Below, one piece after another: positions 9,169 to 19,080 of a stretch of 64,000 nt of DNA (the first letter of the stretch is position 1; the number at the start of each line of letters is the position of its first letter). This DNA comes from a virus: IMG/VR virus record IMGVR_UViG_3300050498_000493. One strand, written 5' to 3'. The position numbers and the translations under genes are program-made. Under the pieces are notes generated by a model. That model was not told the DNA's origin. It ran no database searches and saw only the letters and a list, made by a program, of their open reading frames with translations.

Positions 9169-10715
9169 GCGTGACCCTGCCCCATCCCGCCTATACCGCT
9201 ATGCTGCCCTTGTGGGGGATGCTGCGCGATGCCTACTTGGGCGAAGCCGCGGTGAAGTCGGCCCGGCCCATGAGCCTCTCGCAACGCAGTACGCGCGCCG
9301 CCCTCGACGGCACGGCCTATCTGCCCCGGCCAGCGGGAATGAGGCGTGATGAGCAGTACGCCGCCTACCGGGATCGCCCGGCCTGGACGAGTGCGACCGA
9401 ACATGCCGTCCATGGCATTACCGGCTCGGTCTTCCGGCATGAGCCGCAACTCATTGGCCCTGATGCTCTAGAGCCCCAACTCGCCGACATCACGCAGACC
9501 GGCATATCGCTGCGCATGTTCTGCGAAGAGGCCGTCCGCGAGACGCTGCTTATGGGACGCTTTGGGATCCTGGTCGATTTTCCCACTGGGGACGTGACGC
9601 CCGACGGCCAGCTGCTCCCCCCGCCGCCGCAGAGTCGCCCCTACTGGGTAGCATACCGGGCCGAGGAGATCATCAACTGGCGGACCATGCAACGCGGTGG
9701 GGATACGATTCTCTCGTTGGTCGTTCTCAGAGAATGCGTGCAGGTCCCGCAAGGCCCCTGGGGGACGCCCGACTTCTTTGTGGTCAAAGATCAGATTCAG
9801 TACCGGGTCTTGCGCTTGAATGAAGTGGGGCTCTACGAGGTGAGTTTGTGGCTCGAAGACCCCGTCGGCCAGCGGACCAACGCGCAGGCGGCGACCCTCC
9901 AGCGCGTCTGGATGCCCATGCGCCAGGGGCAACCGCTCGATTACCTGCCGTTCTGCTTCATGGCGCCGTTCTCGCTAGAGCCGACCCCGGAGAAGTCGCT
10001 GCTCGAAGGCCTCGTCCGCCGCAATTTCCTCAACTGGCGGCATAGCGCCGACTACGAGCATGCGCTGCACCTTACGGCCATGCCCCAATTCTACATTGCC
10101 GCCAACATGGAAGCGCCTCCGGAGCTCTATGTGGGGGCCAGCTCGGCGCTGTTCCTGCCCGACAATCAAGCCAAGGTGGGCATTGTCGAGTTTCACGGCC
10201 AGGGCCTCCAGCCCCATGAGAACGCGCTCAAAGCCGATTTGCAGATGATGGCGGCGATGGGGGCCCGGCTGCTCGAAGGCCCCCCGGACACGCAGGAGAC
10301 GGCGACCGGGGTGCAGTGGCGTATGGCGGGGAGCGATAGTCCCGTGCAGAGCTTAGTCAGCAGCGTCAGCCAGGGCTTGACGTGGGCACTCCAGGTCCAC
10401 AACTGGTGGTCCGGGTTTAGTGAGAACAGTGATGAGCCGACCGTGCATGTGAGCCTCAATAAAGATCTGGTCTCGAATACGATGCAGCCCCAGATGTTGA
10501 CGGCACTCATGGCGGCACTCTTAAGCGGAACTATCAGCTACGAGACTTTTTATCATAATCTCCAAAAGGGTGAGATTGCGAGGCCGCTGGTGCCCGTCGA
10601 GGAGGAGCAAGCCCTGATTGAGGATGAGCAGGCACAACGGCCGCTCGTGGCGTTGCCGCCAGGACCAGGCACGGTTCCGCCAGGGCGCAATGGCACGGCA
10701 CGCACCACGGCGTAG
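9165..10715 (+). CDS. Portal protein (DUF4055-like)
   Basis: Position after TerL; YLPRP...Y..YRDR, GRFGILVDFP, INWR, ETAT motifs. Confidence 0.9.
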   Translation: MSVTLPHPAYTAMLPLWGMLRDAYLGEAAVKSARPMSLSQRSTRAALDGTAYLPRPAGMRRDEQYAAYRDRPAWTSATEHAVHGITGSVFRHEPQLIGPDALEPQLADITQTGISLRMFCEEAVRETLLMGRFGILVDFPTGDVTPDGQLLPPPPQSRPYWVAYRAEEIINWRTMQRGGDTILSLVVLRECVQVPQGPWGTPDFFVVKDQIQYRVLRLNEVGLYEVSLWLEDPVGQRTNAQAATLQRVWMPMRQGQPLDYLPFCFMAPFSLEPTPEKSLLEGLVRRNFLNWRHSADYEHALHLTAMPQFYIAANMEAPPELYVGASSALFLPDNQAKVGIVEFHGQGLQPHENALKADLQMMAAMGARLLEGPPDTQETATGVQWRMAGSDSPVQSLVSSVSQGLTWALQVHNWWSGFSENSDEPTVHVSLNKDLVSNTMQPQMLTALMAALLSGTISYETFYHNLQKGEIARPLVPVEEEQALIEDEQAQRPLVALPPGPGTVPPGRNGTARTTA

Positions 10716-10953
10716 GCGGGAGCAACGGTACTTTGCAGATCTAAGAAAGAAGAGAAGATCTCGGAGAAAACCTCGATAAATCCCCTCCCCCCTCCCACCG
10801 CTGCAAGCGTAGAGGCAAACTGCCGGTTTTTGCAAGAGGGCAAAAGCAACCGCAGCGAGGGTGGGAGGCTGAGGGAGAGGGCGTCAGGACCAGGAACGCT
10901 GCCACCGGGGCGCAATGGCGCGACGTGGCAGGTGGCCTAGGAGAGGGGCTGAC

Positions 10954-11967
10954 ATGGAAGAGACACGCTTTCAAGAACTCCAACGCCGCTTGCCGTGCCA
11001 GATGCAGGCCATGCAGGGGCAGACAATATGGACCATAGAGAGCCGTTGTTTGCAGCGCTTTCTGGGGTCACATAAAGATGCTACAGACTGGGCAAAACAA
11101 CAAATAGAGCGCACTAAGCTAATTGAAAATACAGATGTTATAGTTTTCCCCCTTAAGGGGGAAAACCCCAAGGGTGGTCGTCCACGCATGGAGTATTATT
11201 TTACTTTCAACGCGGCTAAGAAGATTTGCATGATGGCCGAGACCGACAAAGGGGATGAAGTTCGCGAGTATTTTTTGGAGTGTGAGCGCCGTGCCCATGC
11301 CTTTGCTACTCCACCCCATACTCCTAGTACGTTCTATGAATGGTTAAGCATGGTAGAAAGCCTGGGCAAAGTCTTGCATGGGGAAATTCAGATTGTTCGT
11401 ACCGACGTTGGCCTCCTGCAAAACACGGTTGAATCGCTTGCCGATGAAGTACAGAGCCATAGCTTTGATCTTCATGCGCTTCGCCAGCATCAACAACGCC
11501 AGGAGCAGCAGCTTGGTGAAACCCTGTCTCATGTGGAACACCAGCAACAACAGTTAGGGCATGTACAGCAGCAGCTTGACGATGTCCTGCAACACTGGGA
11601 GCTTCGTGAGTCGCAGTATCAGGCTACCCAGCGTTCCTCCTCGTCGTATGCTTCGCGTACGGAACAGGAGCCACCAATCGGCTGGCAAACACTCCCGCGT
11701 TACGTGGCAAAGGTCCGTCCTGACGGTGTGCCCTTGTATCCGGGAAAGAAGATTCCCCAAGCGCTCCATGACTGTGTGAAACGGTATTGCATGCCGCATA
11801 AATTCACACTATTTGGTCATGAGTATGCGAGCAATTTTTATAGCCCCGAGGCGCTGAGAAAGGGTTGTGAAGACTATACTCATCGGCAAAAGCTCGCGCC
11901 GAAATTGCCCAAGAACTATGATCCCCGTCAGCGGGATTTTACCTTGGATGATCCACGGAAGTCATGA
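10954..11967 (+). CDS. AntA/AntB-type antirepressor
   Basis: L..FLG...DW..QQI...GGRPRMEYYFTFNAAKKICMMAETDKGDEVREYFLECE, then coiled coil. Confidence 0.85.
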   Translation: MEETRFQELQRRLPCQMQAMQGQTIWTIESRCLQRFLGSHKDATDWAKQQIERTKLIENTDVIVFPLKGENPKGGRPRMEYYFTFNAAKKICMMAETDKGDEVREYFLECERRAHAFATPPHTPSTFYEWLSMVESLGKVLHGEIQIVRTDVGLLQNTVESLADEVQSHSFDLHALRQHQQRQEQQLGETLSHVEHQQQQLGHVQQQLDDVLQHWELRESQYQATQRSSSSYASRTEQEPPIGWQTLPRYVAKVRPDGVPLYPGKKIPQALHDCVKRYCMPHKFTLFGHEYASNFYSPEALRKGCEDYTHRQKLAPKLPKNYDPRQRDFTLDDPRKS

Positions 11968-11997
11968 ACGTGTATTATCTAGCAGGAGGGCCGTTGT

Positions 11998-12195
11998 ATG
12001 CCACTGCGAAAGGCTCCAAAGGGAGCGAGTAAGAAGACCCGTTCCAAAATTTCGTCCGCCAACATACGGGAAATGCATCGTTCGAGTCGATTTAAAAAAG
12101 TCGCCCGCAAGTTTGGCAAAGCCCGGGCCAATCGCATGGCGGTGGCGGCGGGGCTCTCGGCCATGCGCGGCGGGCGCAAACGTAAAAGGAAGTAA
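11998..12195 (+). CDS. Small basic phage head-region protein
   Basis: AGGAGG RBS; MPLRK...ISSANIREM...AVAAGLS; very Lys/Arg-rich. Confidence 0.65.
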   Translation: MPLRKAPKGASKKTRSKISSANIREMHRSSRFKKVARKFGKARANRMAVAAGLSAMRGGRKRKRK

Positions 12196-12393
12196 GGGTA
12201 TGGCAACGACGAATTTTGCCACGCTCCAGGAGGAAATACAGGCGCGCATGCAGCAAGAAGACCGTGCCTATGCGTTGCAGCGGCTCCTCATCACGTTTCG
12301 TCCCCGGGCGGGAGCGCCCCGGTCCTATCGTCAACTCCTGGTGGATGTCCAGGAATGTGTGGCTGAAGAACTCCAAACGTTAGGAGACGAGTA

Positions 12394-12840
12394 GTGGAAC
12401 CGTACGATCCGATGATGGAGGCGCTGGTCGATGCGATGCTGCAAGCCCTCGACGCGGGCGCGGATATGGCGCAAGGCTACGTGGATAAGCTCCGCCAGCT
12501 CGTGGTGAGTCTCCAGCAGATGCTGGCCGACCCCGAGGGCCATGGGCTCATGGCGGCGAAGCCCCCTGGCACGGGGGACGCGTCGCAGGCAGAGACGGAA
12601 CAGGTCATGCGCCAGGCGCTGGGGCATCTCGATGCCAAGGCGGGCGATGTGGAGTTGGAGTATCTCCAGGTACTCCAGCGGCTCCAAGGAGCCATTGAGA
12701 AAGAGTTGTTTAAGTGGGCCAGTAGCCTTGTCCAGCCAGCGGGGTTTAGTGGCGAAATTCAAATCCCGGTCGGTGGCGGCGAATGGGAGCGGCATGAGGA
12801 AGCCCTCCCGCAGACGAGCCGCCTGCGGCTCACGGTGTAG
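12394..12840 (+). CDS. Hypothetical protein
   Basis: AGGAGA RBS, coding-like composition. Confidence 0.5.
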   Translation: MEPYDPMMEALVDAMLQALDAGADMAQGYVDKLRQLVVSLQQMLADPEGHGLMAAKPPGTGDASQAETEQVMRQALGHLDAKAGDVELEYLQVLQRLQGAIEKELFKWASSLVQPAGFSGEIQIPVGGGEWERHEEALPQTSRLRLTV

Positions 12841-12999
12841 GCCATGCGGACGCTCTGGGGGATTCGCCATGTGCGGTACTCTTGGCATCTCTACCAGCTG
12901 GCCCGTTGGCATGCCCTCTGGTCCGCGTACGGGTATAGCGTCCCCGCGCCCAGCGACGTGGATCATCTCGCCGCCATCTGGGCGGGGAGAGCCTAGCGC

Positions 13000-13194
13000 A
13001 TGGCAGACGCGCTGGCGCCCTGCCCGTTTTGTGGCAGTGTCGTGATTGAGGGGTGGGAGAGCACTGTGGGCGGCACGTATGCGACGGCGGTGTGTCGGGA
13101 TTGCCATGCCTGCGGGCCAGAAGGCCGCAGCATCGAGGAGGCGACTACGGCGTGGAATAGGCGCCCGCGCGCAGAGGAGGTGACGGATGCGTGA
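13000..13194 (+). CDS. Lar-family restriction alleviation protein
   Basis: LAPCPFCG...VCRDCHACGP...EEATTAWNRR. Confidence 0.75.
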   Translation: MADALAPCPFCGSVVIEGWESTVGGTYATAVCRDCHACGPEGRSIEEATTAWNRRPRAEEVTDA

Positions 13195-13383
13195 GGATCG
13201 TGCCCAGCAGCGGCGGGTGTTTGAAGAGACGATCGCCCGCGTGATGGCCGAGTACGCCCCCGCTGAGGATGTCCTGGTGGATGCGAAGGCCCTTGACGAG
13301 CGGGGACAATCGGTGGTCGTGGCGCGCTATAAGCTTCACGTCGATGGACGGATCGAGTGTTTCGAAGTGCTGGACGAGGTGCT

Positions 13384-14427
13384 ATGGCCGAGCCCGTAAA
13401 CGCGCAAATTGCCGACGCCTTTACCGCGCGTCTCCTCCAGGTGGGCCGGGCCGAGACCCGCGAGCGCCAGGAGGTCTGGGCGTTGTTGCTGCTCCTCGAA
13501 GCCGATCTGCTCAGTGCGCTCCGGGAAGCCGATCCGGCGCAGTTTTCCTTTCTCGTGGCGCGGCGGCGGGCGGTACAGTTTCTGCTCCGGGATGAGATCG
13601 ACCCGCTCGTGACCACGCGGTACGCCCAGATCGCCCGCGACGTGGATGGCTTTCTCGTGGCCCTGGCGGAGCAGGAGGCCCGCGTCACCCGGCGTATTGT
13701 GAATACCGAGACCGAGGCACAGACGGTGGACGAGATGCCCAGCGAGACGGCTGTGCGGCGTGCCGTGCGGCAGACGCTGATTCCCAGCCCGGCCACGCCC
13801 ACGGACTTGAGCGCCCCCGGGGACGAATGGTGGACCCGTGCGGCTGCTGGGCTCGTGACGCGCCTTGGCGATTCGCTCATGGTCGGGGTGAGCCTGGAAG
13901 AACCCACGCCGGCGCTTGTGGCACGGGTGCATGGAACCGCCGCTAACGGGTTTCAGGACGGGATTATGGCGAAGGCGAAAGAGGATGCGGCACGTTTGCT
14001 GCGGACGCAGACGACCAATGCGGTGAGTGAGGCGCGGGTTGCAACAGCAATGGTTAATAGTGATTCGGTTCAAATTGAACATCATTCGATTCTTGATTCG
14101 CGCACGTCACAAGTCTGCCTGGCGCGCAATGGCCTGCGCTATACGGCTGATGCCGATCATACGCCGGTGGGCCATAGCATTCCTTATCTTGCAGGCGTGC
14201 CGTACCATATCGCCTGACGTTCGAGCTTTATCCCGGTGGTGCCGGGGGGCGGACGGGTGCCAAACGACAGCGTGAGTAGCTGGCTCTCTCGCCGCGATAC
14301 GGCCTTTCAGGATGCCCTGTTGGGGCCAACGCGGGCGCGCATGTTCCGATCGGGTGCCCTGACGCCGAAACACTTGATCGAGGCGGCCACGGGGAAGCCG
14401 CTCACGTTAGAGGAGCTCGGGGCATGA
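13384..14427 (+). CDS. MuF/SPP1 gp7-like head morphogenesis protein with in-frame TGA at 14215-14217 (candidate Sec/readthrough; 347 aa if read through)
   Basis: SILDSRTSQVC; VPYHIA-TGA-RSSFIPV matches PxHxxCRS; same frame continues WL...LGPTRARMFRSG.L...GKPLTLEEL, the usual family C-terminus. Confidence 0.85.
14218..14255 (+). promoter_or_regulatory. Candidate bacterial SECIS hairpin
   Basis: CGTTCG/CGGACG lower stem; CCCGGT/GCCGGG upper stem; GGT apical loop 20 nt after UGA. Confidence 0.55.
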
Positions 14428-16038
14428 TTACCGACGCGTACCGCTTCCTCACGCTCCAGGGGGAACCGGCGCTCCTGTGTCTGCTGTGCAATGGCATCAG
14501 CTTTCATGCCCAGGATATTGATTTCGTCTATTGTGCCACCTGTTGCGTCTGGCTGGAGCGGGTTCCACGAACCTATGACCCCGCGTCGCAGGGTCCGTAT
14601 GGGCAGACGGCGCAGGAGGCGCCATGAGCGACCCCGCCCGCCTGGCCCGTGATCACGCGATTGCGACCCGTGTGTTTCAGGGGGAACCCTGTGGGCGTGT
14701 GGCCGAGGACTATGGATTGTCCGCCACCCGCGTGCGGCAAATTGTGTGGACGGTGGCTCATCGAGCGGGGGTGTCCGTGCTGAGCCCGTGTTCCCTCCAG
14801 GCCGTGCGGGGGTATTATCAGCGCCATGGGAGTTTGTGCGGGATCGCCACGGTCTTCCCGGCGCCTGCCTGGGCGCCGGATGGGTGGCAGCAGAAGGAGT
14901 GACGCGGATGCCGCGCGAGAATCGCTATGCGCACTGGCAGCAACAGCCGGACGAGGAGTTGCTCGACTATGAGCCGGAGCCTGGGTTTTACGCGCCGCCC
15001 GATCCCCCGACGATCCTGGAGCATCTAGAGCGCCATCTGTGCACCGAGTATCGCCGTCGCACGACACAGGAGGAAGCATGCCCGGAACCCTGACGCTCAC
15101 CGGCGAGGTGTGGTTGCCCGCGCGGCTCATGGCCGGGCGTACCATGGTGGCGATTGAGGCCCTTTTGCAGGCGCAGGGCGCGCTCCCGCAGCAGGCGCAG
15201 AGTCTGCGTTGGCGCCTCGATCCCGAGACCCCAGGGAGCTATCGGCTGACGTATACCTTCACGCTGCCCGAGAAGGACCTGGAGGCGCCAGCATGACCCC
15301 CTGTTGTGCCTGTGCGCAGTGTCAGTGCTTGTGCCATCACGACTTGACCCCGCAGGACTATCGCCAGATGACGCAGGACGTGTTACTGGGCGAGCGGTTA
15401 GCATGTGTGGCGGCACGGTGGCAGACCAATACGTCGCAGTTGCGGCAGATGATTGCTCTGGTCTGCGCGGAGGCCAACCCTGCCCTGTATGCCCAGCACC
15501 GCGAGAGTGGTGGCAAAGTTCTGGAGAGGCTACGACGCTATGCGACGGATTATGGCTTTGAGGCGGCGCCCACGTATGCGGCCTGGCGGCGTGCGCGGGA
15601 GGGACGCGCTCATGTTCGAGGGGCGGTTCCTTCCGCCGATTAGTGCGACGCTGGAGGCCTTCGTGCGGGCGCATCTGCCACGGACGCCCGCTGCTCCCGG
15701 ATGGTTGTGGGTCGGGGAGACCTGCTGGGTGGCGACGTATACCCAGGAGGCGATGCAGCCCGAGCACTTTGCGGGCTGGGAGTGTCTGAACCCTCGCCTG
15801 GAGGCGCCCGATGCTTGATGCCCAGGTATGGGAGCGGCTCGAACTGCATGGCGTGACGGAAGAGCACCTGCGCATGTTGGCGTGTGCCCTGGAGCTCCAG
15901 AAGAATGGCTCCCTCGCCTGGCACTTCGCGCACGGGTATCTGAGCCAGTGCGACCTGCGCCTCGTGATGCCCTCAAAAAGCTATGAGTTGTCACGGATCA
16001 GCGACGCGGTGCTCGATGGTGCGAACGTGCGGCGCTAG
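14424..16038 (+). other. Cluster of small overlapping accessory ORFs (zinc-finger and HTH-like hypotheticals)
   Basis: ATGA-coupled ORFs such as 14424-14627 (CxxC...CxxC), 14624-14902 (HTH-like) and 15811-16038. Confidence 0.5.
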
Positions 16039-16053
16039 CGGGAAGGAGACCGC

Positions 16054-16386
16054 GTGCAGGCGGACTGGTTTTATCGCTTGGCCACGACGGCGAGCCTGGT
16101 GGCTGGGTCGGCATGGATGTTTCTCGGGTCCGTGCTGGCGTTTGGGCTCTGGCTTGCCTTAGGCCCCGTCTTACACTGGAGCGACCTCTGGAATCTCATT
16201 CCTACCAGTTTGCTCACCTGGACGACGTGGATTCTCGTCATTTTGATTCAGCATACCCAGACACATCAAGAGACGGCGCTCCAGGCCAAGCTCGATGCGT
16301 TGATTAAAGCGATTGATGCGGCCGATAATCGGTTGATTGGCGTGGAGAAGCAGCCGCCCTCGGCGGTTCCGCCAGAGGCTGGCTAG
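16054..16386 (+). CDS. Low-affinity iron permease family (Fet4-like) membrane protein
   Basis: W...GP...WSDLWNLI...ILIQHTQ...ALQAKLDALIKA...N.LIGVE. Confidence 0.8.
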   Translation: MQADWFYRLATTASLVAGSAWMFLGSVLAFGLWLALGPVLHWSDLWNLIPTSLLTWTTWILVILIQHTQTHQETALQAKLDALIKAIDAADNRLIGVEKQPPSAVPPEAG

Positions 16387-16761
16387 GCGGGACGAGAGCA
16401 GCGACCAGGGCGGGTTCCGGCCCACCCCAGTCGCCCCACAGACATTCACGAGTGGCCAGGAGTCTAGCAGATCCTTACCGGTCCTGCACGTCCATGGGCG
16501 GCGCTGGGCGTGGTTGGGCCTCCCGTGCGGCGACCCAGGCATGGAACGCGGTGGCCTGCGCCTCCATCTTGTGGAGGAGGGCATCGAGGCGAGCCAGTTG
16601 CCGTGCGTGCAGGGCGGCATGGCCATAGATGGACTCGTAGTCATGGTCGGGGAGGTCGGCGTCATCACACATCACGTTTTTCCTCTTGCTCTAGTCTGTT
16701 TCTTCGCTCTACCATGATATGATGAAGAGAACAGGCTCCTTGATGGAACGAGTGTAGTGGG

Positions 16762-17643
16762 ATGAAGCGCAATCTGAATACTTTGTATAGGAAACGGCCG
16801 CTACAACCAGTACAACCGGCGGCATGTAGACAGAACCCTCTGTATCCAGATCATGATCTAGAACGGACATGCTGGGAAGATGACAGAGGTTATCAGGCAC
16901 TGCTGGTGCGCATTCTTCCTGTTATTGAGCAATCATCGCGGCCGACCCCCCTCTATTTTCCAGGCGAGATTTATCCCCAGCGGTATCGCCCACGTCTGGG
17001 TTTTCGTAGTTCCATCGTCCACCTTTTGCCCATACTCCTTCCTGTGCCTATCAAAAAAGGGGTGAGGGCTCGCTTTAATCCATTTGTGCGACAGAAAGGG
17101 ACCTATGATGCCTGGTCATTGCGGAGGTCATGGCCACAGTTTACTGTCGACGTAGAAAGACAATGGGAAGTTCAAAGACACGGGACGAGCGATGGACTTT
17201 TTTCTGACGAATGGCGCACACGCCTCCGCCAGGAAGTAGCTGTTTTTAATGCCTTATATCGTGAACAAGACGACCAAACCGCTACTGGCTTGTTGAGGCA
17301 ATATGAGAGTGCTCGGCGAGCAGAACGATGCCAATCATACTTGTATCATATCCATAGTAAGCTCGTTGATCTTTATAGAACGCGATTGCATCGACAAACA
17401 GTCTGGAAGAAATATGATAGTGAACACGGACTATATTACTATTCCTGGACTCCTAGTAGTTGCTGGGCATACTTTAGTCGTGTCTTCAATAATCTGGCTA
17501 CATTAACTCTCTATCTATTACCACTAGTATTATGGTTGCTTGGTTGCCTTGTTAAGAGCTCTATTAGCCAGATAGATACTGTGTTGTTCTTTTTTCGAGA
17601 GCGTTCCCCGCCTAATATACCACTTGTTATCTGGCGTTGCTAA
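16762..17643 (+). CDS. Hypothetical protein in AT-richer insert
   Basis: 293-aa ORF, no motif recognised. Confidence 0.4.
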   Translation: MKRNLNTLYRKRPLQPVQPAACRQNPLYPDHDLERTCWEDDRGYQALLVRILPVIEQSSRPTPLYFPGEIYPQRYRPRLGFRSSIVHLLPILLPVPIKKGVRARFNPFVRQKGTYDAWSLRRSWPQFTVDVERQWEVQRHGTSDGLFSDEWRTRLRQEVAVFNALYREQDDQTATGLLRQYESARRAERCQSYLYHIHSKLVDLYRTRLHRQTVWKKYDSEHGLYYYSWTPSSCWAYFSRVFNNLATLTLYLLPLVLWLLGCLVKSSISQIDTVLFFFRERSPPNIPLVIWRC

Positions 17644-17708
17644 ATCTCTCTCTCCTAGGTTTATGCCTTTTTCTAGGCACCATTGCGCTTATAAAGGGAG
17701 AGAGGACT

Positions 17709-17855
17709 ATGCCACAGGCATCTGAGCTGGTGAAGTATATCCGTGCATCCTTCGAGATCGAGGAAACAATACTTCAGTGGGCACAGCAACGCCCAGAAGA
17801 GTTTAACGATTTTATGTGTCGTTTGCTCATTGAAGAGCACGAGAACCAAGAGTAG
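17709..17855 (+). CDS. Small ribbon-helix-helix-like protein
   Basis: GAGGA RBS; resembles the convergent 17905-18105 ORF (WA.Q.E.F...M.RLL.EE). Confidence 0.5.
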   Translation: MPQASELVKYIRASFEIEETILQWAQQRPEEFNDFMCRLLIEEHENQE

Positions 17856-17904
17856 CATCGAGCCATAGCTACAGCAGACGAGCACTTCTAGTAGCCCGCT
17901 GTGG

Positions 17905-18105
17905 CTATGGCTTTTCAGGATGTTTGGTTTGCCTCGCATATTCTTCTGCAAGCAATCGTCGCATCAATGCCGAGAAGCCTTCCTTTTGATGTTTGGCCCA
18001 TTCAAACAGATCTTCAGGAACATACACGTGGGTTTGGACGACTGGCCCGAGTCGTGGAACGGGACCACGTTTCTTTTGCGGTCGGTTTTCTGGGGCTCTT
18101 TTCAT
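17905..18105 (-). CDS. Small ribbon-helix-helix (CopG-like) protein
   Basis: QTHVYVPEDLFEWAK...FSALMRRLLAEE. Confidence 0.6.
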   Translation of the reverse strand: MKRAPENRPQKKRGPVPRLGPVVQTHVYVPEDLFEWAKHQKEGFSALMRRLLAEEYARQTKHPEKP

Positions 18106-18206
18106 GGGAAAACTATAATCCTATTCTTTCATCTTGCACAGGAGAAGATTTTTTGTGTATATTAGTTTTCCATACAAAAGATAGCTAGAGATTACGTGGC
18201 GAGGAA

Positions 18207-19031
18207 TTGCGGATGGAACAGGCAGCCTTGATCATTGTCGAGAATACACCAGACGTGCTGAAGGCCCGTCTCAAACGCGAATGGGAGGTACTCGACGCCC
18301 GGAAGCAAGCGGGCGAGGTCGATGACAATGTCGAACGTGCCCAGATGCTGACGACGTATTTAGAACATGGCCTCACCCAACGTGAGATTGAACAGACAGT
18401 ACATCTCAGTCACGTCTATATAGGGCATCTTTTGCGGTATCACCGATTTTTGGTAGCAACTGCTACCAAAATTCCAGAAGGTCGGTTTCGCGTCTACTGG
18501 AAAGAGCATGCCAATCCTGCTTGTCTGCGGGATTTGCGTGGCAAAGAGAAAGAGTTGGCACTTTTGGCCTATGAACAACAGGTTTTTCAGGAGATTCTGG
18601 AGAAAGATATGAAAGGAGAGAATAAGACTCCAGAGGCGCGTGGGGAAAAGAATAAGGTCACACGCCAACTGACCAAGCAGATTCTTGCGCAGTTTAGTGA
18701 TGGTAAGTTTCATCTGGTGCGTGACATTGCTACTGCTGTTGACGCCGACATGACGGTCGTCCGTGACATTTGTAACAGCATTGTCAAGAAGGGGACGCAT
18801 AAGATGCTTGGCGAGCGGCGCCCTGCGGCTCCCGCGCAAGGCTCGTATACCTACCGTTTTGTGAAAGGGGGAAAAAAGAAAATTGACATAATGGTATTGG
18901 ATAAGGAAACGAAACCGCTATGGGATGATCTGGACGCCCTTGTGAACGGCCACCGAGTAGATTTTTCCCAACAGGCCGTGAAGGAATGGGCTGCCAGATT
19001 TCACAAGACTATGGACCGTGTGGCGCGCTAA
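18207..19031 (+). CDS. Hypothetical HTH-containing protein
   Basis: GLTQREIEQTVHLSHVYIGHLL HTH-like segment. Confidence 0.55.
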   Translation: MRMEQAALIIVENTPDVLKARLKREWEVLDARKQAGEVDDNVERAQMLTTYLEHGLTQREIEQTVHLSHVYIGHLLRYHRFLVATATKIPEGRFRVYWKEHANPACLRDLRGKEKELALLAYEQQVFQEILEKDMKGENKTPEARGEKNKVTRQLTKQILAQFSDGKFHLVRDIATAVDADMTVVRDICNSIVKKGTHKMLGERRPAAPAQGSYTYRFVKGGKKKIDIMVLDKETKPLWDDLDALVNGHRVDFSQQAVKEWAARFHKTMDRVAR

Positions 19032-19080
19032 CACCACGACGGTCCTCGATGCTCTGGTTCCTTACAAAGGATACACGCAG

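Noticed and set aside
7846..10715. Intein or intron in terminase or portal
   Set aside because: Normal lengths, continuous motifs, no splice signatures
14236..14427. Independent 63-aa gene
   Set aside because: No RBS; in frame with MuF and matches its usual C-terminus
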